A DNA stretch of 64,000 bases from a virus, in the IMG/VR virus record IMGVR_UViG_3300028388_001285, positions 17,998-81,997 of that record. One strand, written 5' to 3'. Shown here piece after piece: positions 23,322 through 35,200 of the stretch (positions are counted from its first letter, which is position 1; every line of letters begins with the position of its first letter). The notes under the pieces are model-generated. The model was not told the origin of the DNA, did no database searches, and worked only from the letters and a program-made list of their open reading frames with translations. The position numbers were made by a program, and so were the translations under genes.

Positions 23322-23726
23322 ATGGCTTCTACTAGATTTTTATTTGATCATTTAACTGGAAGCCCTGACAGCACTGGATCATGGACTCTGGTCTCAGGGC
23401 CGGGTAGTGATGCAGACCTAAAAGTAAATGGTACCCCGCAGACTATCACTTATGGTAACTCTGTGGGTACTAACTACTTTGTTAACATAGGGTTTGACTC
23501 TACTATAGGAACTGCAACTGGTGTGTACGTATTTAGATATACTACTGGTGTATCTCCTTGTGAGGATACTGCTGATGTGACGATTACTGTATCTGCACCA
23601 CCGACTTTTGATGTATCTGAGGATATATGCCTATGCCATTCAGGTACAGATGTAACGGAAGATATATGTAATTGTCAGGTAGTGGATGTTGGTACAAATA
23701 CAGCAGATACGATATGTTTCACATAA
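23322..23726 (+). CDS. Ig-like repeat protein, paralogue of 22730..23305
   Basis: FLFDHLTGSPDSTGSW...GVYVFRYTTGVSPCEDTADVTITV, followed by a Cys-rich C-terminal tail. Confidence 0.7.
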   Translation: MASTRFLFDHLTGSPDSTGSWTLVSGPGSDADLKVNGTPQTITYGNSVGTNYFVNIGFDSTIGTATGVYVFRYTTGVSPCEDTADVTITVSAPPTFDVSEDICLCHSGTDVTEDICNCQVVDVGTNTADTICFT

Positions 23727-23736
23727 ATAAACAATT

Positions 23737-24450
23737 ATGGCTGACTTTCTTTTAAAAGATTTTGACATACTTAATGGTGGAGACGGTACTCCATCTGTAG
23801 TAGATCCAGGAGGAGCTTGGAGATTAACCGCAGCCCCCGAAGATTACAATGGATACATTCGTTTCGATACTCCACCTAATGGAGATCAGGCGGTAGCCGT
23901 TGGGCAATTACTACCCGGAGACGATGATCCCAAGATCTTGTTCACAACTGGCAGAGGTAAATTCGTTCTGACGTATGAACTTTCTGGAGAATGTGATCAG
24001 ACCGACGACTACACGATGTGATACATGGAAAATGATTACTTTGTCCATGCCAAGGATATAGGCGTTATAGCAAATGGCGACACTTTTGATAGCAAGGTTT
24101 TGTCTTGTTACCACCGATCCGATAATCCTGGATTACCGTCTACTAGCAGCGTCAATGATGAGGACTGCTGGTTCACATTCACGACACCCTCTTCTGGGGG
24201 ATTCATTGGACAAAGTTTGAGTATTGACAGTATAAATACTGACGAGCTGGAGAACCCACAAATTCGTATTTACTCTGATTACGATACCGAGATTAATGAA
24301 ACCTCTGTTATTACAACCTCTTCGCAGCAACGTAGAGAATACACAGGAGTAAACAAATGGACTACAAATACTCAGTATTGGGTATGGGTGTCTAATCTAA
24401 ACACTAGTAGTCCTGGAGGGGAATTTAGATTTACATTTCAATGGTACTAG
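23737..24450 (+). CDS. Ig-like paralogue with C-terminal beta-sandwich domain, one TGA=Trp
   Basis: ORFs 23737..24021 and 24025..24450 are in frame through TGA 24019. DPGGAW N-terminal motif; DCWFTFT...QYWVWV domain. Confidence 0.7.
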
Positions 24451-24453
24451 AAC

Positions 24454-25788
24454 ATGGCAACAATTAATTTAAAAACAAAACACGAAGAACTTGTAGGAGG
24501 TTCTGTGGACCCAGGAGGTACTTGGACAATCACCGATCACGATGGTGGGTTCCCAGTCTCCATAACTGTAGATGGATCATCAAGCTCTTATGCGGACAAT
24601 GATACAATAGGATCAGATGACAACCCCGAAGTTGCTTTTGCTTCTAGAGGAGTCTATGAGTTTACGTACTCAGTATCAGCTGGGTGTGTAGCGGCTTCGG
24701 CCACAATGACTATTACAGTGCAGGGTCCAGCAGCGAGTATCACTGACGATACATCTAGCTGTACATACGAGATCTCTTTAACTAATCCTACCAGTGGAAC
24801 TAATCTCACAGCAGATTTGTCTGTGGCGAACAACTCCTCTGATATAACATTAGAGATGCGTAAAACTATCGACCGAACTTGCTCACCAGTAGCAGGTTGG
24901 ACTGAAGTAAACATCTTAGATGAGACGCTAACAGCCACAGGACAGCTGTGGTCGGGCGTTCGACAGGCAGATGGAGCCTTCCTATACGACGGAGATTATA
25001 TAACGACTCTGCGCATTTATAGGAGTTATCCAAACAACTTCATGCTAGTCAATCTTAATCCTACTACCTCTCCATACCTTACAGGTGTGTGCGGTACAGT
25101 GGATGCCAATGATTTACTGTATGATGGTAGCTCCCCAAATACATTCGCTACCGCAGTTAAATGCGTGATAAAGAATGCTATACACGGTTACTGGGGCTTA
25201 ACCGAAAATACGAACTATAACATAGAGGTACTAGCATCTGGAGCTTCAGGCTCTGGCAGCATCAGTATACGATTCAAAGCTAAGAACAACCCTACTACAA
25301 GCCCAGCTTGGGTAGGTATTGACAGTTTGAATATACTCATGAAGTACTACTCTAATGGTACACTTACAGATAGTTATTATACAAATGGATTTACAGCAGC
25401 AGCTGTAGTGAATTCCTATGTCATCTCTGACAGTACTCCTTGTGGAGTGTTAGGAGGCACTTGGACTCCAGCTGCAATTCCTTTCTTGGATGAAAACCAT
25501 TTGACCTATAACTCAATTGTGCCGACAGTTACGACACTAACGTACTCCCCGTACGGAAGCCCTACTACATCCGTGAACTGCTCAGTGACTCACTTAGACG
25601 CTGACGATACACAAAGTTGTAGTCAAGGCAGGACATATCAGTGGGAAATAGATACTGGAGGCGGCTATGTCTCGCAAGGTAGCACCACTGAGGTTATAGA
25701 TGTTACGACTGCGGGTGACTATCGCGTCACGATCAGTTGCTTAGATCAAGGGTGCAGCAATGTTTCTGCGCCTGTGACAGTGACGTAA
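24454..25788 (+). CDS. Ig-like paralogue with C-terminal Ig domain; possible fibre tip or receptor-binding protein
   Basis: DPGGTW...GVYEFTYSVSAGC N-terminal domain; C-terminal TYQW...GDYRVTIS...GCS...VTVT. Confidence 0.65.
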   Translation: MATINLKTKHEELVGGSVDPGGTWTITDHDGGFPVSITVDGSSSSYADNDTIGSDDNPEVAFASRGVYEFTYSVSAGCVAASATMTITVQGPAASITDDTSSCTYEISLTNPTSGTNLTADLSVANNSSDITLEMRKTIDRTCSPVAGWTEVNILDETLTATGQLWSGVRQADGAFLYDGDYITTLRIYRSYPNNFMLVNLNPTTSPYLTGVCGTVDANDLLYDGSSPNTFATAVKCVIKNAIHGYWGLTENTNYNIEVLASGASGSGSISIRFKAKNNPTTSPAWVGIDSLNILMKYYSNGTLTDSYYTNGFTAAAVVNSYVISDSTPCGVLGGTWTPAAIPFLDENHLTYNSIVPTVTTLTYSPYGSPTTSVNCSVTHLDADDTQSCSQGRTYQWEIDTGGGYVSQGSTTEVIDVTTAGDYRVTISCLDQGCSNVSAPVTVT

Positions 25789-25817
25789 TATAACACCACA
25801 CATATAAAAGTTAAAGA

Positions 25818-25850
25818 GGGGAGTAGGCGTAAAGCCACACTCCCTTTTTT
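25818..25850 (+). terminator. Intrinsic terminator after the fibre cluster
   Basis: gggagtaggc-gtaaa-gccacactccc hairpin followed by a T-run. Confidence 0.7.
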
Positions 25851-25893
25851 GTTATTAGCGTACTGGAAAATATTTAATTATAATAACTATATT

Positions 25894-26652
25894 ATGGCTA
25901 CAAGATTAGAACACATTTACGCGATACAAAATCAGTATCACAGAGGGTCTAAGCCTGACGATGCTAAGTACCCTTCCAACCGATTAGTGGAACATTTTCT
26001 AAACACTATGAGGGCGTTGCTGGTTAAACGTAAACAAGACAAGCACTACACTATATCGCCAATGACATATCAGACTGTGTGCATACCTCTAGAGGTTTCT
26101 TCCTATGAGGAGTGCAGCTGTTTGGATGAGGAGATTCTACCGCTGTTGGAGGATTGTACTTTACTGAAGTCTAAATGTCCACTACCGTCCGAGATAACAT
26201 CTAGGTGGGGTACATCAATAGACGTCAAGTATTTGAATGGTAATCCAGTCCCACGCACTAGTATGACCTCTAACAAATATGCTCCCTACTCGTTAGCAGG
26301 AGCTGGACAAGTCGAAGGTTGGTTTATAGGAGACAACTCATACTTATATGTAATCAACTCAAGCATGTTACAAGTGGTACTCGCCAGAGCTTTATGGGAG
26401 AACCCAGCAGACCTAGATGGCTACTGCGACTGTAATGAAATCACCATAGGAGGTGGTAGTAACGGTAGCGGAAGCACTACATGCCATGACTCACTTACAG
26501 AGGAATACCCGATTGACGCTGAGTTAGTCGAACCTCTATACAGTATGGTTATGGATAAGTTGTATAGGTCACAAGCACTTCCCATCGACAACATGAACGA
26601 TGGAAGAGAAGTTGAACACCTAAATGCATTAGATCCTAATGAAAGACAATAA
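25894..26652 (+). CDS. Tail ring protein
   Basis: Likely start MATRLEHIY (ATG 25894). Motifs SNRLVEHFLNTMRALL, YQTVCIPLE, LWENP and EYPIDAELV resemble crAss-like ring proteins. Confidence 0.7.
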   Translation: MATRLEHIYAIQNQYHRGSKPDDAKYPSNRLVEHFLNTMRALLVKRKQDKHYTISPMTYQTVCIPLEVSSYEECSCLDEEILPLLEDCTLLKSKCPLPSEITSRWGTSIDVKYLNGNPVPRTSMTSNKYAPYSLAGAGQVEGWFIGDNSYLYVINSSMLQVVLARALWENPADLDGYCDCNEITIGGGSNGSGSTTCHDSLTEEYPIDAELVEPLYSMVMDKLYRSQALPIDNMNDGREVEHLNALDPNERQ

Positions 26653-27091
26653 GAGATCTTATACTCTACAAGACATCTACGAACAGTACGACAACCCCCA
26701 CGACCTAGACAAAGCAGACTATATAAAAATATGCAGGGCATTTAATTACTACCTAGTCCGATCACTTATCGAGACTGGGTATGCTTATAAATTACCCCAC
26801 ACACTAGGCACAATTTCCATACGTAAACGTAAGGGAGGTGGAGGACTACTGAACTTTAAACATTATAATGAGACTGGTGAGAAGGTTTATTTAAAGAACA
26901 AACACTCTGAGGGATACTACTGTAAGTGGATTTGAAATAAGTCCAGACCCCAGTGTGTACTCAGAGATCCACAGTTGTATTCTTTCAAAGCTACTAGAAC
27001 TAATAATAGGGCTTTAGCTAAGGCTGTAAAAGGCAAGAACACAATGAAAAAATATTTTACTTATGACAAGAATCCGGTATACATCAATTAA
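26639..27091 (+). CDS. IHF/HU-like DNA-binding protein (crAss-type), one TGA=Trp
   Basis: YKLPHTLGTISIRKRK and NKHSEGYYCKWI-W-NK...LYSFKATRTNNRALAKAVK; reads through TGA 26933 to TAA 27089-27091. Confidence 0.75.
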
Positions 27092-27980
27092 ATCGGTTCT
27101 ATACGATTTGTCTACGCTTGTTCCAGAGAACGAATGGAATGACTTAAAGTTTACGGAGTGAGCTATTAAAGCCCTACGTAAGTTGAAGTCTGAAGTTAAA
27201 TTAGAAGAGGCCGTAGCTATTAGGAATCTAGTAGAACACAAAGCGCAGCTGCCTAACGATCTAACGTATCTTACGCAAGTTGCCTACCGACCAGAGTTAC
27301 CATCTGATGAGATAGAGGAACTCACACGAATCATGAATCTCCAAGGGGAAGAGTGGAACACAGCGGTAACAGACCATATGTTTAATCCTAGCGGACTTCC
27401 AGAGAAAGCCGTACGATCATTATATGCGTCTGGTTTGAACAAGTGGTACCCAATGCGAGCTTCTAGTTCTCCATTTATGTCTGGAATACTTATTACTGGC
27501 ACTCCTTACAACAGCGTAGATTGGACAACTCCTAACTTGCAGGGGGATCACGAATACATAGTCGATTCAAGCATGTGCTTAACGTCGACGCTCTCTGATG
27601 CGGTGTTAGCTATATCGTATATGAGATACCCCGTAAAAGCTAATGGGGACACACTTATACCCGACGATGAGGATTTGAAAGAAGCAATAGTACACTACTG
27701 TCTGTATAGATACTGGTTGACTAGAAGTTTCTTACGTGAACCAAACGCCGACAAAGAAAGAGACTATCATCTGTCACGGTACGAGGTGTTAATGGCCAAG
27801 GCTGGCGGAGAATTAAACTTACCTACTTTAGATGAATTAGAAAACCTCAAGAACCTGACTAACCGATTAGTTCCTAGATCTAATCAGTACGACAACTTCT
27901 TTAGTAAGTTGAACAACAGGGAATCTGCTGACACCATGTCACACTGAGGTAATCATGATACTAACAATTATGCCAACTAA
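27063..27980 (+). CDS. Tail tubular/ring protein (P22 gp4-like), TGA=Trp at 27159 and 27945
   Basis: ATG 27063 gives MTRIRYTSIKSVL...FTE-W-AIKAL, in frame with 27183..27947. Motifs LIPDD and PTLDELENLKN. Ends TAA 27978-27980. Confidence 0.75.
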
Positions 27981-30900
27981 ATTTAACAGTTCGAATACAT
28001 TTCAGGCTGGTATGAACAAGGATGTTAATCCTAAGTTTCAACCTAAGGGAACCTATCGGTTCGCTCTGAACGCTGTGTTAGAGGTTAAGGAAGGTTTGCA
28101 AGGTAGTATACTTAATGAGATTGGTAACACATTCTGCCAAGTGATTCACGATGAATCAGGCGCTACTATAGTAGGACATGTACTGACTGATACTAGAGAC
28201 ATAGTATTGTTCCTAGCATTCCATTCTGGTAACTCTGCGATAGCAACTTGGAACCCTGATACATGTGAGTACACGGAGTTGCTGAAAGGTAACTGCTTAA
28301 ACTTTAGTACTAAGCATCCAGTGTTCGCACAGTTTAGAATACGAGGTGGTTGTGACAGGGTAATATACTTCACGGATAAACACAATCCATATAGAGTATT
28401 TAACTTAGACCAACTCAACAGATATAAAGATTCTGACGGGGATGTAGATTGTGATAGATTACTTTACTCTAGGAACGTAGAACGCCCTTGCATTAATGTT
28501 GATAGAATCAACGAAGGTGGCGGACTCCTACCCATAGGGGCTTATCAGGTAGCTGTTCAATACTTGGACGAAGAACTTAACCCGACTAATTATTTTTATA
28601 TTACTGATGCACTTTACCTTGCAGATGAATCACTGAACTCTCTCAATGAAGAGATAGATGGTGGATTCAATATCGTAGACCCAGACGCAAATATACTCGG
28701 CGGAGTACCTTTAGCTAACAAATCAATTACGTGGTCGCTGTCTGATCTAGACACCAACTTCTCGTATTACAAGTTAGCTATATTGGTTTCTGAATCTGCT
28801 ACAGGAAGTCTCAGTTCTGCCTATGAAACAGACGAGCAGACTATATCTGGTACAGAGGATTTCTACACGCTAAGTAACTTAGAGGATATCAACTTTACTT
28901 CTATAGACAACGTCATTGTGGATCGTCCTGCGATAAACAAAGTAACTGACCATGCACAGTTGGATAACAGATTGTGGTTGGCAGGTACAATGAATGACGG
29001 ATACGATTGGGCAAAGGTGCAGCAAGCAGCTAACACTATCACTTCTAAGTGGACTACGGATACAGTTCCAACGAGGGAGACCAAACGGTTTCCAGAGTAC
29101 CAAGTTAAGTTGCGTAACTACATGCGTGATGAAGTTTATGCATTCTCTATATGGGGAGTGTTTGCTAATGGTACAAGAACTCCAGCTTTCCATATCCCTG
29201 GAAGGGAGACGATGGTTAACCCAGGAATAGGTGATGAGACTGATAATTACAGAACATCGGTACCAGCAGGAGCGAATTGGGATACTTATCCAGTAACTAT
29301 TGGAGGCTTGAATGCTTACAATAAAAGTAACAGCATAGCTTCACTAGAGGATGTGAAACACTTAGGTTACGAGGCTTCTGACATAGGAGAGACTATTGAT
29401 CGTTGGAGAATATACAACACTGCTACGTACGATGACTTTGAGAGGACTGAAGGGGAGATGGCATACTACGAGTGTAACACTAGGTACCCTGACCTGAAAG
29501 ACTGTAGCGGGGATTTCATATTCCCAACTACGACAATAGACGGTGAAATCGTACCGGCAAATGTACGTCATCACAAGTTTCCTGATACTAAGACTAGTCC
29601 ATTATTTAGAGCTGGTGACTTAGATGCGCTAGCTTGTTTAGGTATCAAATTTGATCTGTCACAGTTCTTGGCGGACGTAGGAGATATTGAGGTTGAAGGT
29701 TGAGTTATCGGTGTAGCAAGACGTAACGCTACAAACAGAACTATATTTGACAAAGGATTACTGTTTGCTGGACAAACTTCAGACAAAGACCTTGGAGGCG
29801 ACACTCCACGTATAGGCAAAGATGATGTGATCTTCACAGGTTGGTTAGCTGACAGGGCTGTTGGACATAACCTAACACATACACCTAAAAGTGCTTGGTA
29901 CTTCTCACCTAAAGAAACACACGCACGACCAGCAATTGCAGGTTCGTACGTAAAACTGGAACGTTTACACCCATCAAATATCGGTTACATACAAAGTGAC
30001 ATACGATACTGGTTCGGTACTCTTGGTACCTCATTAACCCCAGTGTTTGATTTTGGTGGTCGTGGACAATTCTTACCACTAGACACGTACACCTACATGG
30101 ATCGAGTGGAATTTTACACGGTGGAAATTATCGACGGACCACCGCTTGGTAGTAGTAACCCATGAGGGGTAACACAAACTAGCGCCTCAGGTACTAAAAT
30201 ACGTACCCATATTTACTCTAGACATATGCTGAACCTAGAGTTTGAAGAAGACTATAGGTATCACCAGTTTAGTACCGACATACAGGCAACTAGTGGAGTA
30301 CGTAATGACGCTTGTTATGTAAGTATTAAGACTAACAACGAAGTGTACCCCGATCTAGAATCTGTTATATATCATCCAGTATCTAATTGTTATTACACCA
30401 ATGGCACTACTGTCTACGGTGGTGACACATTTATAGGTAGATATCATACGACCACAAAAAGCACGTTAGATAAAGGCCCTGATGAAAAAGACTTGGGGGA
30501 TAGAAGTTTGATTGCTGCGTATGTTGAATCAGAACTTAACCATGAGTACAGGCATGACGGTATCTTAGAGGATTGGCAGTCCACTTGGAAAGGTGAACTG
30601 GTTTACAATAATCAGAATAACAATGAAACTATCCGGGAGTACTTAAGCCCGGAGATTGACTTTTCTGATATCGAAGCAGACAGAAACCCAGCTGATTACT
30701 TTGGATACAATAAAGATTTCCAGAAGTTGAACAACGAGAAGCCTAACTTCCCATTGTCAGACTCGTATGATTACTGTGATGCTTGTCCAAACAAATATCC
30801 ATATAGAATCATGTACTCTGAGAAATCATTCCAAGAAGAATTGGTAGATAATTATTTAATTGTAAAGGCTAACAACTACAGAGATTTAGATGGAGACTCC

Positions 30901-32262
30901 GGACCAATTACCAGACTCTTCACCGACAAGGATAACCTATTCGCACTATCCACTAAAGCTTTATGGACTGTACCTACTAGGCCACAGACGTTGCAAACAT
31001 CTGAGGGTACTATATATGTAGGTACAGGAGATGCGTTGGCACTACCGCCAAAGCGTGTAGTTTATCCTGGGTTTGCTTACGGAGGCACTAAGGATATATT
31101 GTCACTAGTCAGTACAGAGTATGGGAGTGTATGGGCAGATAGTCTAACAGGTAAGGTATTTCATTGGCGAGGACAATTGGAAGAGATCTCTTCTAATGGT
31201 ATGCGTAACTGGTTTGAAGAGAATACTAAGTCTAAGATAAAGGAACAGATGTTTGCTTTCTCTTTGGAGAACAACATACCAAGCGTACCAACTGATTTAT
31301 ATGGTGTAGGTCTAGTGGGCACGTATGATCCTAGATATCGAAGATACATATTAAGTTTCCGTGACTACGAGATACTTGACATGGAGAACTTCGAAGGTGG
31401 TGTGGAAGGATTTGAATCATTAACCTCTTACAATCCTAGTAAGCTATACTTTGACCTAACTGCGGGAGACTTCTTTAGGGTTAAGTACATTGCTGCTACT
31501 GGTTGGTACAAATTACCTATACCGTATTTGGATAGAAACACATTCCGTAACAGATCTTGGACGGTGTCATATTCATTTCCACACAAGGCTTGGGTGAGCT
31601 TTCACTCATACTTACCAGCATACATGTTCAATGATGAAGATACATTCTATACTGGATTACATAATAGTCTGTGGATGTTCACACATAACTACGGGGAACA
31701 TCAGAAATACTATGGAAAGAAGTACGACCATATACTAGACTTTATCGTGAATGAGCAACCAATACTGGATAAGACTTATAGTAGCCTTAAAGTAATAAGT
31801 GATATCAGTCGGTATGATGAGGAACACGAGAACTATATAGAGTCTCTGCTAGAGTTCTTCACATATGGTATGTTCTACAACTCCAACCAAACTAGTGGTA
31901 AGCAACAGATATTTAGGAAGGACGGTTCAAGTCCATTCTTGTCTACATATGATAACCAGAATCAAATGGTACTGGCAGAGAAAGTAGATGAGCACTGGAA
32001 TATATCTGGGTTTAGGGATCTAGGTATAGGACATAACTCCTACCCAATATGGACAAACGCTTGGGATGAAGTACAGTCTGACTATTATATAGATAAGGTA
32101 CCTAACCCGGAAGCCATTGAGACAGACAAGAGTCTGTTTAATCACGGCAGGTTTAGGGATGCTTGGCTAGGCGTACGACTATACCATGATGGTGAAGTAC
32201 AAGGTAACTACAGAATAAACACTGACCTAATTAATACACTACAAAGAATATCTTATAGGTAA
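27970..32262 (+). CDS. Tail stabilisation/muzzle protein (P22 gp10-like), ~1430 aa, TGA=Trp at 29701 and 30163
   Basis: Motifs NTFQAGMNKD, CLNFSTKHPV, YMRDEVYAF, YPYRIMYSEKS, SWTVSYS and WVSFHSYLP. Three track ORFs are in one frame. Confidence 0.88.
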
Positions 32263-35200
32263 TGGCAAAGCAAAAAGAAGAATTAGAATATAACTTGGGT
32301 GGAGATATAGGTACTGGACTGAGCGCTGCTGCACCTATGATGAGCGCGATTCCTGGGTGGGGAGCTATAGCTGGTATGGGCATGAGTGCCCTAGGTGGAT
32401 TCCTACAGAGTCGGCAGAACGATGCTCCAGCCACGTATCAACAAACCCAGTCCAACACTAATCCATATGGGTATGTAAAGGGCGGAACTATTAAGGAAGT
32501 AATTCCAGGCATAGCTCAGGTAAAGGCTGACACCTCAGCCGAGAACAGAGATGGAGCGCCCGATTCCGTGCAGGTGAATATGGGTGGTACTACGATTGAA
32601 CTTGCTGGAGACGAAGTAGTATTACTAAATGAAAAAAATAAAGGAGGCAGCCTAGGCGATAAGTTACAAGGAGGGTTCGTACTCTCCAACGCATTAACTA
32701 TCCCAGGTACCGACAAGACATTTGCATCAGCAGCTGAAGCCCCTCTGAATATGCTGAAGAATGACGAGAACCCAGCTCTCGCAAGGCAGATGCTACAGAA
32801 CCTGGCCGATCTAAACCAGAAGGAATTAATCAAATCTAATAATAGTTCTGAATATAAATCTGGCGGCAAGCTAACTAACCCTCCTAACAATGACCCAGAG
32901 TACACGATACATGCGTTAGCTCCGGGACAGTCTACTAAAGAGTTTGCTAGGGACGCCTTAGAACGCTATGGGGTAACTGACGCAGAGGCTGTTAAAGCCT
33001 TGGAAGATGATTTACAGGAAAGTAATCAGTTCGAGCCTTGGCAAATGGCAAATAGGTTGAGTCGTAATTATAGGAAGTCACAACAGAGAATCAAGGTGCC
33101 TAAAGACATGACTAAGTATGTCACGATGTTTGATTATCTGAAGGATGAAAAATATGTGGGTGGGAAAGATCTACCTTTCTGGAATCTAGATGATACACGA
33201 AAGTTCTACACTAAAAATAAACCACTGCGCAAGCCTAAAGGAGCTAGAGCTATTATGCCCGGAATGTCTACTAGTAAGTACCATGTACCAGCTAACCCTG
33301 CTAAGGGTATACCAGCATACGGTAATATGGACGAGTTTCCTGAAGAGGCGCTGCGCGGACACATTGACAAAGTACTGGGCAACTACAAAAAGAAATTCAA
33401 AAGACACGGCAAGTCGGATAAATTGTGGAACACAGACCAGGTGATAGCGGGATTGAAGGCGTTACATGATGATACCGGCTACGTGGCTCCAGTGGATCTT
33501 CTCTTCGCACAGATGCGTAAGGAAGGTGCGTTTAATCCTAGTGACGGAGGACGTAGTAAGTATACTAATCCAATGAATGTAGGAGAGACAGACAGTAAGA
33601 CTATCTACAAATTTAAAACTCCCGAAGCTGGTTTTTATGCCTGGGGAAGGTTACTGTATTCAGACTATCTGTCACACAGAACACGGGAAGACTTATATAG
33701 CAAAAAAGAAGCCTTCAAGAATCATGGAGACAATAGGTACGCTACTAGCCCCTACTACGAAGTAGGTGGATATGATGAGAAGAATAGATACCACATAGGG
33801 GTTAAACAGGCTGTGGACCAATATCGTAAGATGATGGTAGAAGATCCTGAGGCAGCGAAAGCTGGGAAAGCACAGAAGAAAATTAATACATACAGTTTAA
33901 AGGAAGGTGATACTCCGTACGAGATAGCAGATAAACTTGGGTTAGACCGAGACGCTTTTCTAGAGTTGAATCGGTTAGCCAGTAATAAGGAAGAGGCAAA
34001 GAGTACTGGACTAATAGATCCTAGCACTTTACCTGTAGGCTACGAGTTGATTTATGAAGATGACTTACCTAAAGCACAAGTAAAAATCTCACCTAAAGCA
34101 CAAGTAAGAATGACGAAAGCAAAACCAGAAAGAGAGGGGTCTGTACCTTCTAACCTTAAGTACTTCATGCCAGCAGGTATGGTACTGGGTAGAAAAGAAG
34201 GTGGTTACATTGGATATAACAATGGCGGACCAATTGAGCACGATGACCCGCGCATGGGCGATATAATGCAGCACGTTGTCACAGCGTTAGATATTGAAGA
34301 TCCAGCTAGTCAAGAAGATTTCCTGAATGACATGGCTAGCCGATACGCTAATATGTGGAATGAAGGGCAGTTTAACAATTGGGACACTTTTTTGGACTAT
34401 GTCAGTAAACCTAAGGATATGGCTACTGCGCAAGGATTCTTGAATGGAGTACCTGGACCACCCCCAAGTAGAGCCGGATTAGCTCAGGCTCTTGCAGGAC
34501 TATACGGTAATACATCTGCTGCCCCTGTGGCTCAGACATCCGCTGCTCCAGCACCAGTTACAACACCGGCGGCTACAGCTAGAACTACACCTGCTGCCAC
34601 AACTACTCCTGCACCAACATCATTTAATCCTAGTACACCATTTAACCCGCTGGTACGAACAGCACCGCAAATAACATCCCCAGCCTTGGCAGCCTCCAGA
34701 ACAGCTGCTGGCACAGCGGCAGTGAACAATGTAGGTAACATGAATATCACGCCTAGTCCAGTAGCCACACCGAACAAATTCGGAAGGTTCATGGAGAACT
34801 TAGGTGGAGCATTCAAAGGTGGAGGCGCTGGTACAGCACTACAGATTGCTGGAGCCCTTGGACAAGGTGCTATGGCATTGTTCAGTAATCAGGGAGAGCA
34901 AGCTGCACATACTGTACCTAATAGGTATAGAGAACAGCAGTACAATCCGGCGTCACAACTGCTAGCCAACCAACGAAGCTTTAGTGGTGCCTTGGATATG
35001 GCACGCAATAGTGCATCTGGGTTTGGACAGTTGATGAGTAGAGGTCAGCAAAGCTACGCTAACAAAATGGCGGCTGATAGAACTACACTGGACAGAGCAC
35101 AGCTGATGAACAATAGGTACCAACAACAATACGACCGATCAACACACGCTTTAGCAAATCAAAATGCTAATAGAATGTGGAAAACTGATCAGGTTAATAA

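Noticed and set aside
10232-25788. Diversity-generating retroelement, invertible cassette or CRISPR array
   Set aside because: No reverse transcriptase or recombinase is present; repeats are diverged at synonymous sites rather than adenine-specific; no regularly spaced direct repeats.
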